From: Paecilomyces variotii
Lineage: Eukaryota
NCBI GenBank assembly: GCA_004022145.1
Contig: RCNU01000011.1
Strand: one strand, 5' to 3'
DNA: 64,000 nt
Positions 38,343-51,323 of the stretch are shown here, piece after piece. How positions within the stretch are numbered: position 1 is the stretch's first letter; each line of letters opens with the position of its first letter. Under the pieces are notes generated by a model. That model did no database searches. It saw only the letters and a list, made by a program, of their open reading frames with translations, and had not been told where the DNA came from. Position numbers and translations under genes: made by a program.

Positions 38343-41300
38343 ATGGCTGACGGTCTGGGAGCTGTCGCTCAGATTCTTGAGGCGAGTTTAGACCCCAGAC
38401 AGAACAAGCAAGGTAAGCAAGACATGGAAAGTTACACTTTGAGTTTGATTGGTCATCTAATTGCTCTTGTAGCCGAGATTGCTCTTCGTCAAGAGGAGAA
38501 GAAGCCAGGCTTCTCGTTGTCGCTTTTGCAAATCACAGCCTCTGCCACCTATCCTTACAACACCCGTCTTGCAGCCGCACTGTGCTTCAAGAACTTTATC
38601 AAGAGGAACTGGACGGATGAAGATGGGAACTACAAGCTCCAGCTCGATGAGGTGGCCACCATTAAGCGGGAGCTGATTGCTCTGATGATCTCGGTTCCAC
38701 CAGGAATCCAGACTCAACTGGGAGAAGCAGTCAGCGTGATTGCTGACAGTGATTTCTGGGAACGCTGGGACACGCTGGTTGACGTACGGAAATCCGAAGT
38801 CAAAATTTCCTGAAACTTTTGCTAATTGGTCCTCAGGATCTCGTCTCTCGGCTCGATCCTACCAACCCTGCCGTGAACAACGGCGTTCTACAAGTTGCAC
38901 ACTCGATCTTCAAGAGATGGAGGCCTCTGTTCCGGTCAGATGAGCTGTACACAGAGATCAACCATGTTTTGCAAAGATTTGGAAACCCGTATCTTGCGCT
39001 CTTTGAGGTCAGTCCGCGCTTGTTGGCGTTTGCCTGGGGTATTTTATTGACTTGTGACATAGGGTCTGGACGGCTACATTGAGCAAAACAAGTCGAACAA
39101 AGAAAACCTTACGCAGGGGTTCACCCAACTTAACCTGATGATCAAACTGCTGTACGATCTATCCAGCCATGATTTGCCTCCGATGTTTGAAGATCACCTG
39201 TCCGCGATCGCGTCGCTTCTGCTAAAGTACCTCACATACGACAATGCCTTGCTGCACACCGACGATGAGGCGGACTCTGGGCTTTTGGAATACGTCAAGG
39301 CTGGTATCTTCGAGGCGCTTACACTCTATGTGCAGAAATACCTGGACGTGTTCGGTCCTCACGTCCAGCAGTTTGTAGGAAGCTCCTGGAACCTCTTGAC
39401 CACAATTGGACAGGAGACGAAATATGACATCCTTGTTAGCAAGGCTCTCCAGTTCCTTACCTCGACTGCTAAGATGCCCGAACACGCGGCCGCCTTCCAG
39501 GATGAAGCGACCCTTGGCCAAGTTATCGAGAAGGTCATCCTGCCTAACGTGAGCCTCAGAGAATCAGACGAGGAATTGTTCGAAGATGAGCCTATTGAAT
39601 TCATCCGCAGAGATCTTGAGGGATCTGACAGCGAAACAAGACGGCGTGCCGCTACCGATTTCCTTAGGACGCTGGCTGAGAAGTTCGAGGAGGCTGTCAC
39701 CAAGGTCGTGCTCAAATACACAGAACACTACCTCGCAGACTATGCAAAGAACCCTGCATCGAACTGGAAGTCAAAGGATACATCTACCTACCTGTATTCG
39801 GCCATTGCTGCCAAGGGAGTTGCAACGGCCAGTCATGGAGTTACTATCACCAACCGCCTGGTCAGCATTACCGATTACTTCCAGAACCACCTTGCGGCGG
39901 ACCTGGTTGCAGACACCGGAGCCCACCCTATCCTCAAGGTGGATGCGATCAAGTATCTGTATTCCTTCAGAAGTATCATTACCAAGGAGCAGTGGCAGGA
40001 GGTGTTGCCCTTGTTGGTCAAGCATCTTGCTTCTTCCAACTACGTCGTTTATACTTACGCCGCTATCGCAGTTGAGAGAGCGCTATATCTCTCGGATGCT
40101 CAGGGGCAGCCGATAATCGCACCGAGCTCTATCACACCGTTGGCGAAGGATCTCCTTGAGCACATATTCCAGCTGATCCAGAAAGACCAGGCCCCTCAAA
40201 AGGTGCAGGAAAACGAGTTTTTGATGAAATGCATCATGCGGGTTCTGATTGTGATCAGAGATGGCGTCATCCCGCTCACTGATACTGTCCTGCAGCATCT
40301 GATCAACATCACCCAGATCATCAGCGCCAATCCCAGTAACCCAAGGTTTTACTACTATCACTTCGAGGCACTGGGCGCTTTTATCAGATTCGCTGCCCCC
40401 GCGAACCCGGACAAGCTGGAGCAGGCCCTTTATACTCCATTCGTGGCTGTGCTTTCCAATGATGTGCAAGGTATGATTAAAGATCTACTGTTCTTGTATA
40501 AGTGCTTACTCTGTCCACAGAATTTATGCCCTATGTCTTCCAGCTTTTCGCTGCCCTGCTGGAAGCGAACCGTTCCGCAACTCTTCCGGACTATTACCAG
40601 AATCTAATTGCTCCAATCCTCATGCCCGTGATGTGGGAGTCAAAGGGAAATGTCCCCGCTCTTGTTCGCTTACTGTCTGCTATCATTCCTCGCGGTAGCC
40701 AGTTTATCATCCAAAACAACCAGATCGAGCCTGTTCTCGGAATTTTCCAGAAGCTCATCTCTACCAAGGCCAATGAAAGCTATGGATTTGACCTACTAGA
40801 GACCGTTGTTGCTTCCTTCCCTCCGTAAGTGCTGCTGCAGATAATGTTCTTTCAATATTGGATACTAATAAATCGACAGGACCACTCTAGAACCATATTT
40901 CATCTCAATTATGCAGATCATTTTGACACGACTGCAAAACTCAAAAACGGAGAACCTCTCTATTCGATTCGTCCGTTTCTACCATTTCATCTCTGCTCAT
41001 GATGACAAAGGCTACAGCGCAGACTTTTTCATCCAGGTCACCGACAAAGTGCAGGCTGAGTACGGGTGTCTCGTAATTTTATATGTATCTGTTCAGCATT
41101 ATACTAACCATTGTCAGGCTTTTCACGCCCATCTATTTGAACGTCATCCTTCCTGAGACGCAGAAGCTTGCTCGCCCGCTAGACCGGAAGACGGCCGTGC
41201 TGTCGCTTACGAAGACGTTGGCGAACTCGGAAGCGTTCGCAAATCGGTACAAGAAGGGATGGGGCTTCACCTGCGAGGCACTTCTCAAGCTCCTGGAACT

Positions 41301-41565
41301 CCCCCCTCTTCCCATAAGCAAGGATGATATGATCGCGGAGAATGACGTGGATGACATGGCCTTTGGTGTTGGATTCACGCAGCTGAACACTGTGCGACCG
41401 CCGGTGAGAGACCCGTGGCCTGAGACCGGAGCGGATCTCAAGGCGTGGGTGGGCAAATATTTGAAGGAAGCGGACCAGAAGCATGGCGGACGCATTGCCG
41501 GCTTCGTGGAGGAGCGACTGAACGCTCAGGCAAAGACCGTCCTTCTCAGTTACATGACTGCATGA
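38343..41565 (+). CDS. CSE1: Exportin-2 / importin-alpha re-exporter Cse1; six introns (38413-38472, 38784-38836, 39008-39062, 40471-40520, 40825-40879, 41060-41117)
   Basis: Importin-beta N domain (RLAAALCFKNFIKRNW) and the Cse1 motifs ELFEDEPIEFIRRDLEGSDSETRRRAA, QENEFLMKCIMR and NPSNPRFYYYHFE. Confidence 0.94.
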
Positions 41566-41976
41566 GCTTCCCTGGCAGGAGTAGGTCCTTGTTGACCATC
41601 TGAAACTGTCAGTCTACATTTTTACGGGCTATGAGAATACGGTATTGTGTGGAATTTTGAGGGCGGCGGATGATTTCTCCTCTTTGCGATGTCAAGCACG
41701 CCGAGGAAAAGCATCGAGCGAGGCTGGACTTACATGCTTTAATGACCAAACTAGGCATCACTCAAAGTTCTATCGTCCCGAGAGCATTCGAAAATAAGAC
41801 AAAAAGTTATTTCTCGCTGTCTGCTGATGATATTACACCGTAGAAAACTGTAAAGGTCCCATGCATGATGTTAAATCGCAAACCCGTAAATCCTGATATA
41901 CTCAAAAAATGAACCAGTCCATCTGTCTCTTATACATGAACACTCCCAAACTCCACTGCAAAGTTCACGAAACGCT

Positions 41977-42754
41977 TCACAGTCTTCCGTCGTGTCCCCC
42001 AGCGCCCTCTTTCTCTTCATTCACACCCTCTCCTTCCTCACTATCTTCCCTTTTCTTCTCTTCCTCCAACGTGCGATACTTCCTCCGACTCTTCTTCATC
42101 TTACTCGCCTTCTTCTTCCGCTCGCGCTCGGCCTTGATGGCGGCGCGACTCTGCTCCCCCTTTTCCAATTGCTCCACTTTCTCAGCGAGGATCTGGCGTG
42201 CGATCTTCTGGTTCTGAGAACGCGAGCGCGTCGCTTGGGACTTTACCACGATCCCGGTGGGTTTGTGGATTAGTTGGACGGCCGAGTTGGTTTTGTTCTG
42301 TCCGTGGTCGTTAGTATAGAAGGAAAGAAATGAAGAAAACAAAAAGAATGAAAATGGCCATCAACAACAGGGGCTAATATAAATATTTGGATGTCCATGT
42401 GTATCAAAAAATACGGCTGGAAATGACAACAACTTCAGAAAGGATAACGCGACATGTAAATCATATCGTGTCCAATCCAGTCCAGATTCACCAAATGGAA
42501 AGGATTATTAAATAGAAATTTTAAATCCAAGTACAAAAGCAAAAAGGGGAGAAATCTTTTTCCATACATACTATTTTCTGCCCACCCGGCCCTGTCCCCT
42601 TCAGATATGTCCCCGTGATATCAGCATCGTCGAGTTTAGGTCTGGGCGGCATTGGCTTCCCCAGCAGCTGTGTCGTGCATGAAAACGGCCTGATGGACCG
42701 GATGCAGGTATTGATTGCCCTTTTCATAGGGCTAGATCGAATGGTGGAAAGCAT
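41977..42754 (-). CDS. Mitochondrial class-I release-factor homologue (C12orf65/MTRFR-like ribosome rescue factor); intron 42298-42571
   Basis: Basic presequence-like N-terminus, then YLKGTGPGGQKI|NKTNSAVQLIHKPTGIVVKSQATRSRSQN (GGQ domain) and a basic C-terminal helix. Confidence 0.88.
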
Positions 42755-43620
42755 GTCCGGAGAACTCCGCTCGTTGTTCCTGGGGTGAGAGGATGTACCT
42801 ATGGAAAGGTCAGGGCTTTCCCTTTTCCACCGAACTTTTTCTCCTGGACAATTGGTTGATCGCGCAGGAAGCCAAGCGAGATTCTACATTTATGTACGGG
42901 ATGGTGAAGAGTTTGAAGTTCTATGAGAATGGAGTCATGATCGAGAAGTTGTGCATAACGTGGTGAGAATGATGTGCTGCGCTAAGTACAGTACAGTACA
43001 ATATTGTGAATTTCCAACAGAAGCTTGGGTGTTGCAGAAAGTCTTGGCGTTGACGTTGTCCGACCAGCGAGATTAGATGGACGGCTTTATGGCAGCATTC
43101 TCGACGAAGCTGTCTGCTGTGCAGTGTACTTTCTTACATGGGACAAGTAAAGTGTTATAAGGACATGTCAAGGGCAGCAACTGCTCGGATTGACTTGAAG
43201 TCGTCGAGGCGACGATTCCAGTATATGATCTACGTGGCTGTCGCTGCTGCCATAGCCATTAACTTAACTGAAGCAGAGTAAATACGGAGTAGAGTCTTGT
43301 GCTCTTCTGATTATACGCGCATGAAAGACGCATTAACGGTGCCACAGACACTATGGGTTGTGTTTATGATTCTTTGACGCGGGTATCTGGCATAAATAAA
43401 TCTGTGGTCGCAACTATACCTAAGTGCAGCCTCTTTACTTTGAAGATTTAAGAAATATGTCGGCATTTAGATCCCCAATTCCTTAATTAGCCGATCTGTA
43501 AATATTGTAACTAAGACCTTGATGTACTCTATTTCTCTATAGCAAAGAAATTTCTAATAATAGTAACAAAAGAGTACTCATTGGATACTCATTGTTGGAG
43601 AGAGAAAGTAACCCACACGT

Positions 43621-44476
43621 TCAGGTCGCACCGCCATTTACCCTCACTACCTGCCCTGTAATCCATTCACTTTCCTTGCGCCACAATAGACTAACTGCTG
43701 TGGCGATTTCATCTGGCTTTCCGAGTCTTTTAAACGGGCTAAGGTCCGCTAGCGAGCGAACGACATCGTTGCTATTGTAGATCAAAAATTGCTCGGTTTC
43801 TGTAGCTCCTGGCGAGATTGCATTGACCCGGATGTTCTTCTGTGCGAGGTTTTGTGCCAAAACTCGCACCATCTGGTTCAAGGTGGCCTTTGTAGAAATA
43901 TAAAGTAGGTAGTGCGGCGGTAGGGTATTGAAATCGGTCAGATCGGATGAAATAAAAATGATCGTGCTTCCTGGCGGCATATGTGGAATGGCTTTCTAGA
44001 AAGGCATGTCAGTCAGTATCATTTCCATCAATATGCTTATATTGGGCAGTAATTGGAAGGGTCGATAGCAAGCTCTGTATGTGCCATCAGATACTTATTC
44101 AAGCAGAACATACCTGCACAAGAAAGCAGGGCCCTTTAACATTGACTCCAAAGGTTCGATCAAATTGGTCTTCAGTAAGAGCCTCAATGTCACCCGCAGG
44201 CATGTACACTGCATTTGGAACGAGCACATCAATCTTTCCGAACCGAGACACTGCAGAATGAACCAGATACTCGACTTCTTGGATCTTGGAAATATCGGCT
44301 TGGACGGCCACTGCCCGATCAGCTCCAATTTGTGAGACTACCGAATCCGCCGCTTCGACGTCTGACAAATAATTGACAATGACTTTGGCACCATCTGCAG
44401 CTGCTTTCAGAGCTATAGCTCTGCCGATACCTCTAGAAGCACCGGTTATGAGAACCACAAGGCCATCCAAACTCAT
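43621..44476 (-). CDS. Classical short-chain dehydrogenase/reductase; intron 43996-44113
   Basis: TGASRGIG, DVLVPNA, catalytic Ser (FISS), YISTK, IRVNAISPG and ITGQVVRVNGG. Confidence 0.9.
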
Positions 44477-45406
44477 GGTATCGAACGATAATGCGTTTCT
44501 ATACCATTTATTCCGCGCCTCAGGAGGTGACCGTGCAGACCCTTTATATATCTCTCTTCTGAGGCTCTGTTCGATGCGATCTGTATCATTAAGAAATCCA
44601 TTTGTCATAAGTCCCCCACTGTGATAACTATTCAATGATATCTAGACCGCATTAGATCTAGGCATAGGATGAATGGTAAGGTAAGTCTCCGATACTACTA
44701 GTCCACAAAAACTAGGAGCATTATGCCTCAATCTAATGATTTCTAGAAGCTCAATCTACGCTCTATAATAATAGTTCTCCGAGATATAGTTCCACCGAGG
44801 AACGCTTGCGGCCGAAAGATATTCCTATTTAGGAAAGTAGCCAATTATTTCTCCGGTAAGTTACCACCACTACTGCTAACTAATGCATTGATGATTGTTT
44901 GCATGTAGATATAATTTAGTTAATAGACGTCTTCTGCGTTACAGCTGCAAGTTAAACTACGAAGCAGATATCGTAGCTCTGTACTAACCACCCCACTGAA
45001 CTCGACGGATCCGATCGGTCTCGGAAAATAATTGGGATCACAATCTCGCATTAATGAACTAAATTAATGTGTCTCTAGTCCCAATATGCTTCTTAACCCT
45101 ATAGATTTAGATATAAAGTTATTATAATGTGCCTGTATGTCTGGTTTCTGGCTATTAAGTTGCCTCTAGTATATGACTTTGAGACGTGCAACCCTACATG
45201 TTATTATATTCTGAGAATTTAACTGCGGTTATTTTTTTCACAGTTTAGGAAAAATAATTGCCTATTGGTGGTTAAGGCAACAGGGCCAAGCCTTGAAAGT
45301 AAATATACTAATAGCTTATTTTTGTCTTGTGTTTTTCTTATTAGTTAACGTGATTGGCCAACTTCAATGCTGTGCACATTATTGACTGTGTAGCTTTTGC
45401 GTCGCA

Positions 45407-45583
45407 CTTGATTAAGATGCAGTATACGGGTAGCTCACGCCGCTTATTGATGAATAGTTGATTCTCTGTGCTTTTCAGGCTCATATTGCCGCCACGGACT
45501 ACGAATGCTTCGTTACACTCGAGCCATCCAACCTCCAATACGTGAAACCTTGTTCCCTTAAGTACGACATAACTAATAGTCAT
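45407..45583 (-). pseudogene. Truncated N-terminal fragment of a metallo-beta-lactamase-fold lactonase/lactamase (AiiA/AttM-like, fungal type)
   Basis: MTISYVVLKGTRFHVLEVGWLECNEAFVVRGGNMSLKSTEN...KRRELPVYCILIK matches, from memory, the N-terminus of fungal AHL-lactonase-like hydrolases. Similarity stops after ~59 codons and no HxHxDH motif follows. Lies in TpA-rich DNA. Confidence 0.6.
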
Positions 45584-46528
45584 CGTTTCCTAGTCCCTTT
45601 ATAAATGCTCGTTTAGTTTATGGCATCACATTCTAAATACTTATAATTTAACTTAGCATTATCTTGTTTCACGTAGATTCTTTCAGTCTCTTTTATAGGC
45701 TGGCGGCAACCGCTTGCTGAAGTGCTATATCAATTTGCGCCTAAGCATAATGCATAATAGCCAAGGGCTAATATTTTTACTGTTAGACTAATCGGGTGTA
45801 ACTGGAATAATATTTCTTCCGCATTGAGGAGCCGAAATGAGTGACTTGAGACTTATTAATGCAGTTTGGTCTAGGTACCTGGCAGAAGTCGTATTTGAAC
45901 TCCGTGGCTCTCCAGATAACTCAAAAGATCACTACTGTTGATCTAATATTAATAATACGACCTATGGTAGTAGTATGACTCGTAGAGGTATACCTTCAGA
46001 GGTCTATTCTTTCAGACAGTACGGAGTATGCTGATCGGACATGGTAAACTTGAAAAGCCGATTTTTTTTCTTTCTGACGGCCGTAAGAACTTCTAGACAA
46101 GGAAAATTGTCGGCGTCGGTTTTAGGCTCAGCCCGTCAGATTCGAATTATCCGGCTACGGACCTAAAGTCGGCCTACAAAGTCCGTTTTCTGTCATCATG
46201 AGCGGATAGCATGTAAGTATAGTACTTACCAGGCGGTTTGCCGTCAATGATCGGACCTGGGCGCCACAGTAGGTACAAATTGTATGGTATTTCCCGTGCA
46301 ACACGCATTTGCCCAACGAAGGACGATTCTCGCGACACAAAAAGAATCACAATATAGATGCTCGCAGAGACCAACGTTAGTCCTCCACCAATTCCCCCAA
46401 CCTTCTCGGCTGCTCATGCGCACTGATGCGACAAAGAAGCCGAAGTTTACAACAGTCGGCCTATATCTGACATATTATGAGTGTTTTGTAGGGAAAATAT
46501 ACTCCGTCTATCATTCATATTACCCACG

Positions 46529-47481
46529 ATGCTTATCCTAATTGCTGGAATCACTGGCTTTGTTGGCATTCCGTGTGCCAGGGCTGCCTTTGCACGTGGT
46601 CACAAAGTCCGAGGTCTGGCTCGTAATGCCAACAGACTCCCTGACGATATTTCCAACCAGCTTGAAAGTTTTGAGACTCTTTCCAACAATCATGATGTTG
46701 CTGCAATGGATCGGGCAGTGGATGGCATTGATGCGATAATCTGTGCCTTTGCCGGCCTTCCGGAGCTCTTTATGGAATCACAAATGTTGCTCCTTAGGGC
46801 AGCGGAACGCGCAGGAGTCAAGGTACGCTTTATCGATGACACTATCTGCTGCTGCAAATTGCTGATCTCTTCTAGGTGTTCCATGCCAGCTCCTGGAACT
46901 ATGACTGGAGACGTTCCCCCGGCACACATGAGATTTATGATGACATCAGGGCTTTCGCTCACCACGTCGAGATCAGCTCCACCATAAAGCCAATTTACAT
47001 GTTCACTGGCGCGATTGCCGAGTACTATTTCAGGAAGAGCCCAGCCGATTGGGACTCGAAAACAAAAACATTCAATTTTCATGGACCTTCTACGCAACCC
47101 ACTCGGTATACAACGACGAATGACATCGCCAATTACGTTCTCGAGGCTATCACTGCTCCGGACGCGTCGAGCGGAGGCTATATCTTTGTCCAGAGCTTTG
47201 AGGCTTCGCCAGAGGACATTGTCAAGGAATATAATGCGGCGAGGGAAGGCCGGATCACAGCCAAGCTTAATTGTTTGGGAACATTGGATGATGCAAAGGC
47301 TAAGCTGGATCAAGGGAGAGCTATGTACGAGAAGAAGGACTGGCCCAAGTATCTCTGGTATTGCTACCAGTACCACATCCCGTCTCGCTCTTGGGATTAC
47401 GAACCAAAGGATGTTTCCCGATTTCCGAACGTCAGACAGACGAGCCTATATGAGTTCTTTCGCCAGAACCCGGACGTGTAA
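46529..47481 (+). CDS. NmrA-like / atypical SDR (isoflavone-reductase-like fold); intron 46823-46875
   Basis: MLILIAGITGFVG Rossmann start, QMLLLRAAERAGVK|VFHASSW, and YTTTNDIANYV. Confidence 0.85.
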
Positions 47482-48245
47482 GCAATAAAGCGAGGTGGTC
47501 ACGAGCCGGTTTACCGAGTTTCTCATTCCGTAAAAAGACTTCAGAACACGGTCATATTCAAATACGTACAGTTCGAACTGCAATGAACTAGGACATGAAG
47601 TCAAAAACTTGAGATTATATTCCTGGAAAGTACTGATCAATCTGACAAAGAATGATTTACTCTTGTTATTATGTCAGACTCGACTTCTGGAAGTTAAGAA
47701 TATACGGCCTTAAAATATCTGGCTGCTCACTGGTCTACCGCCTATAGTAATACGCATAGAATAAAGTTACCAGTATGCAAGCTACTTTAAAAATAAGACA
47801 CTACCTAGTAATAGTAAATTTACTAATAGGTACTCCACTGGTGAATTTGCATATTTGTCAGAAAGCCTCTTTAGGACTATCAAGCCGAAAATATTAAGAA
47901 AGGTAGCTCTTCTACAACTACGTCTTTAAGGAAAGGTCATGTATTTATTATCTGATAGTAAATAGAGAAAAGTGCCTCTTAAGCAAGAACTAATCGTTGG
48001 TAGAACAACTGATACAGCTTTTCTCGGCCGATAAGTTCTAACCCTGAGTACATATACATCTTTTATCATTCGATACCGTCAGAATCCAATTACGATCAAA
48101 TGCGGAACATCTAACAACAGCTAGCTAGGATCGAATCGAAATGTTAAACAGGGCCCACGTACTCATTGAAAGGCTGTAAGAAAAGCTCATTTATAACGCA
48201 TGAAATCCTCTCTCCACTTACGTAGTAACCTGCCTCAACCGTGAC

Positions 48246-50522
48246 TTACGGAACCTCGTTTAGAGGTCCGATTTCCTTCAAGGGAACCACAGGAACCCGG
48301 ACAAAATTCGAATAGCCACCTCCGACGTGCAGCGTATTGATAGCATTGACATGGTACTCTTTCGCCCACGATCTCAGAGGGGGTGGCCTGTAAGATGGAA
48401 TGTCCGGTTGGGCTTCCGAAGGAAGGATGTCGACTCTCAGCCGCCAACCAGATCGGATTCGAGCTGCAACTGGGCAAATTTCGACATTCACCTCACAGAC
48501 CTCTTCCCGTTGTAGAGGTGCATAATCCTTTTCCAAATGAGTGTGCCAAGGTCTCCAAGGCAAGCTTTTCTCTGGATCTGTCGCTCGATGACTGGCCCTT
48601 AGGAGACCAGAAGCGAGCGGTTCAAGATTCGGCCCAGTGCAAAACTTCACCACCTGGTCATTTTCATCTATCGCCCACAGTGAAACAACAACATCGGCAT
48701 CATGTGATGTCGATGAAATATTGAGTGTTGCGGTAAAATGGCCAATCAATTCTATGTCTTTTCCAAATGGTTTGGAGAGGAAGCTCACTCCTGCCTTTGC
48801 GGATTTAGGTTCAATGTCTGCCATATATGAAAGTGCCTTAACAGGTGCCCCAACCGGTGTTTCGGGCCTCAGACTGCCATCAGGGTAAAGATGCCAGTCG
48901 ATATATTTCGTTCCGGGGATTTCCCAGTCATCTTCAGTTCGCCAATACCATTTCCCGTCGCCGATCCTCATTTGGATCCCGACCTTCTCCAAGTCATAGT
49001 TGTCTAGTCCTTTCAGATAACGTTCAGTGAAGCGCAGCAACTTATGAGCCGCAACCTCATTTGGCCAGCTGAAATAATTGGAATCAACAATCTGTAGATG
49101 TTTGTTTGTGGAAGAAACCCGTCGCCATGCTTCGTAAGGACCTCGATGATGGAAGATGAGCATTTGAGCAGCTGCCATAAATACCGGGATATCAATATCC
49201 TCAATCTCGCATTGCAATCTCTCCCAATAATCATCATAAAAAGGGTGACCGGCAAAGGTAGTCACTAGATCCTCGGCTGCTGGCCACCGGGGCGATGCGG
49301 CGTTGATTCCATCACTCCAGGGGCGGAGATAGTTCCACGCGGAGATACCCCCGACATATCCAAGATCCCGGTACAAGTCAACATCCGCTGCAAGCTCGAC
49401 GTGAGTATTTTCATACACAAGGAAAAGAGGGAGTCAACTCACTTGCATAAGGAATAATAGCTCTGAGTCCTTTCGGTTTTCGCACCGCAGAAGGCCATTG
49501 GCAATTGGCCCCGTACGAGTTTCCGGCCAAGCCGACATTTCCAGTGCACCATGGTTGTCTTGCAACCCATTCTACGACATCACTAATGTCACTCGACTCT
49601 TGGGGTGATACGAGAACACCTCGTGTCCCTGGTGTTTGTGAAACCCCCCGAGGATCGATCTTAACCATGGCATATCCTCGTGGAACCCAGTAGAATGTAT
49701 TGAACGTCCCTATTGTCTCATAAACTCTCTGTTTAGTCCATGTTCCAAACCAAGGGCCTGTGTTCGGAATATGCAGGGGCGTGTCGGCAGAAGTTGAATG
49801 CCAGTCATCTTCTGCCTTTTCGAAAGCCGCTACTTCGTCGTAATCATCGCGTCTTGGCCCGGAATACACTACTCGTTTGCCGTAGACTGTTGAACTGACC
49901 AAAGCTGGAAGTCTTCCCTCCGGAGGCAAATATATATCTCCAAGGACATAGTTTCCATCTCTCACAGGAATTTGGATGTCACGAAAGACCCGGAATCCTG
50001 CGATAGCTCGTCGAAGATGGTTCCGAACATGTGGTATGCTTTTGACCGGTATTCCAATTTCGGCACCAATTTTCTGGAGGACCTGGTACACGTCTCTTGT
50101 GTCTTCGGCATCGAGATTAATCTCATGAGCGTAGTTCGAGACAGTGTGTTGAATCTGCCGGAGATTCTATCATTAAGCATCAAGACGGAGATGATATAAA
50201 TTGGTAATTGTGTGTAACTCACGTCATCATTTATTTGTATGGCTTTCTCAAAACCCAACGACGGAGTAAGGCTGAACAGTAAGGCGGCCCTGTTGAGAAG
50301 TTTTGGATTGCTAAGTGAAGGATTGTCGACCAAGTCGAGGACACTCAGTCTCTGCCGTCCTTTAGCTACACCTAACTGAAGGGACCCGATAGAGAAGGAG
50401 ATGTCATCCCCATCATAGTATTGAAATTGACCGTTCGGGCTAGAAGTGGTTCCGGATAGATCGCCACATTTATATGACAGCCCAACTGTATCGGTAAAAA
50501 CACCTGTTGAGAATGAAGCCAT
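48246..50522 (-). CDS. CocE/NonD (peptidase S15-like) alpha/beta hydrolase with an extra N-terminal domain; introns 50155-50222 and 49388-49442
   Basis: RDIQIPVRDG, GYAMVKIDPRG, WVARQPWCTGNVGLAGNSYGA nucleophile elbow, and a C-terminal PepX_C-type jelly-roll (IELIGHFTATL...GLLRASHR...GWRLRVDI). Confidence 0.88.
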
Positions 50523-51323
50523 TTTCAAACAGATAAGTTGCTGAAGAACACAGAGTTTGACAGAGAGACAAGAGATATAGCAAAATCAGATTTCCGAGAG
50601 AGTACCTAGTTATTGTCGGAGGAGCGTTTATCTACTAACAGATTGTCTGCTCAGCTCTTAATTGCGAATTTGATAGATAGCATACAACGATTCTGACCTA
50701 CCTCTAAGTAGAGACATTTCACTTAGGCTATGTTCGGCAACTCACACAGCCTTTTGCACACCATTGCCGATCGGAAACATTATGCTGATAACCAGAGCAA
50801 ACTCAGCCGATTGCTCTGACGTTGACCGCCTACGCACGTTTACGAAGTAGCATGATCAGGTTCTTGGGCTGGGTTTTCTGGCCGCTTCTCTCAGTTGGGT
50901 GAAATCGTGTAGAAGATGTGTACAATTTATCTTGAGTTCGTAAGCCACCAGCAACGCCCTATACTGTATTAGCTGTCAGTAATAATCTCCCTATGCTGAC
51001 CAAGATGTACAGGAATAGTCTTTTTTATTTTCGAGTTAGTTGGAGACCAAGTCCGCTATCTGGAGGTCTCAAGAGGTATCCCTGCTACATTCTTATTCCA
51101 ACTATTGTTATGTCTAGAGCGACACAAGTCAAACGTTACAATAAACTATGTTACCGAGGATTGACTGTTGTAGTTCGTATACAGAAATAAACGGTTTGTT
51201 TTTCTTATCGAATTGCACTCGAACGATTTGTAAAGAAATTCCAATTCCAATCTTCAGTGAGCTTGCACGAAACGTATGTACATTCAATTGTCCATGTAAG
51301 GTGTCTGCCATCTTTTAGATTGC

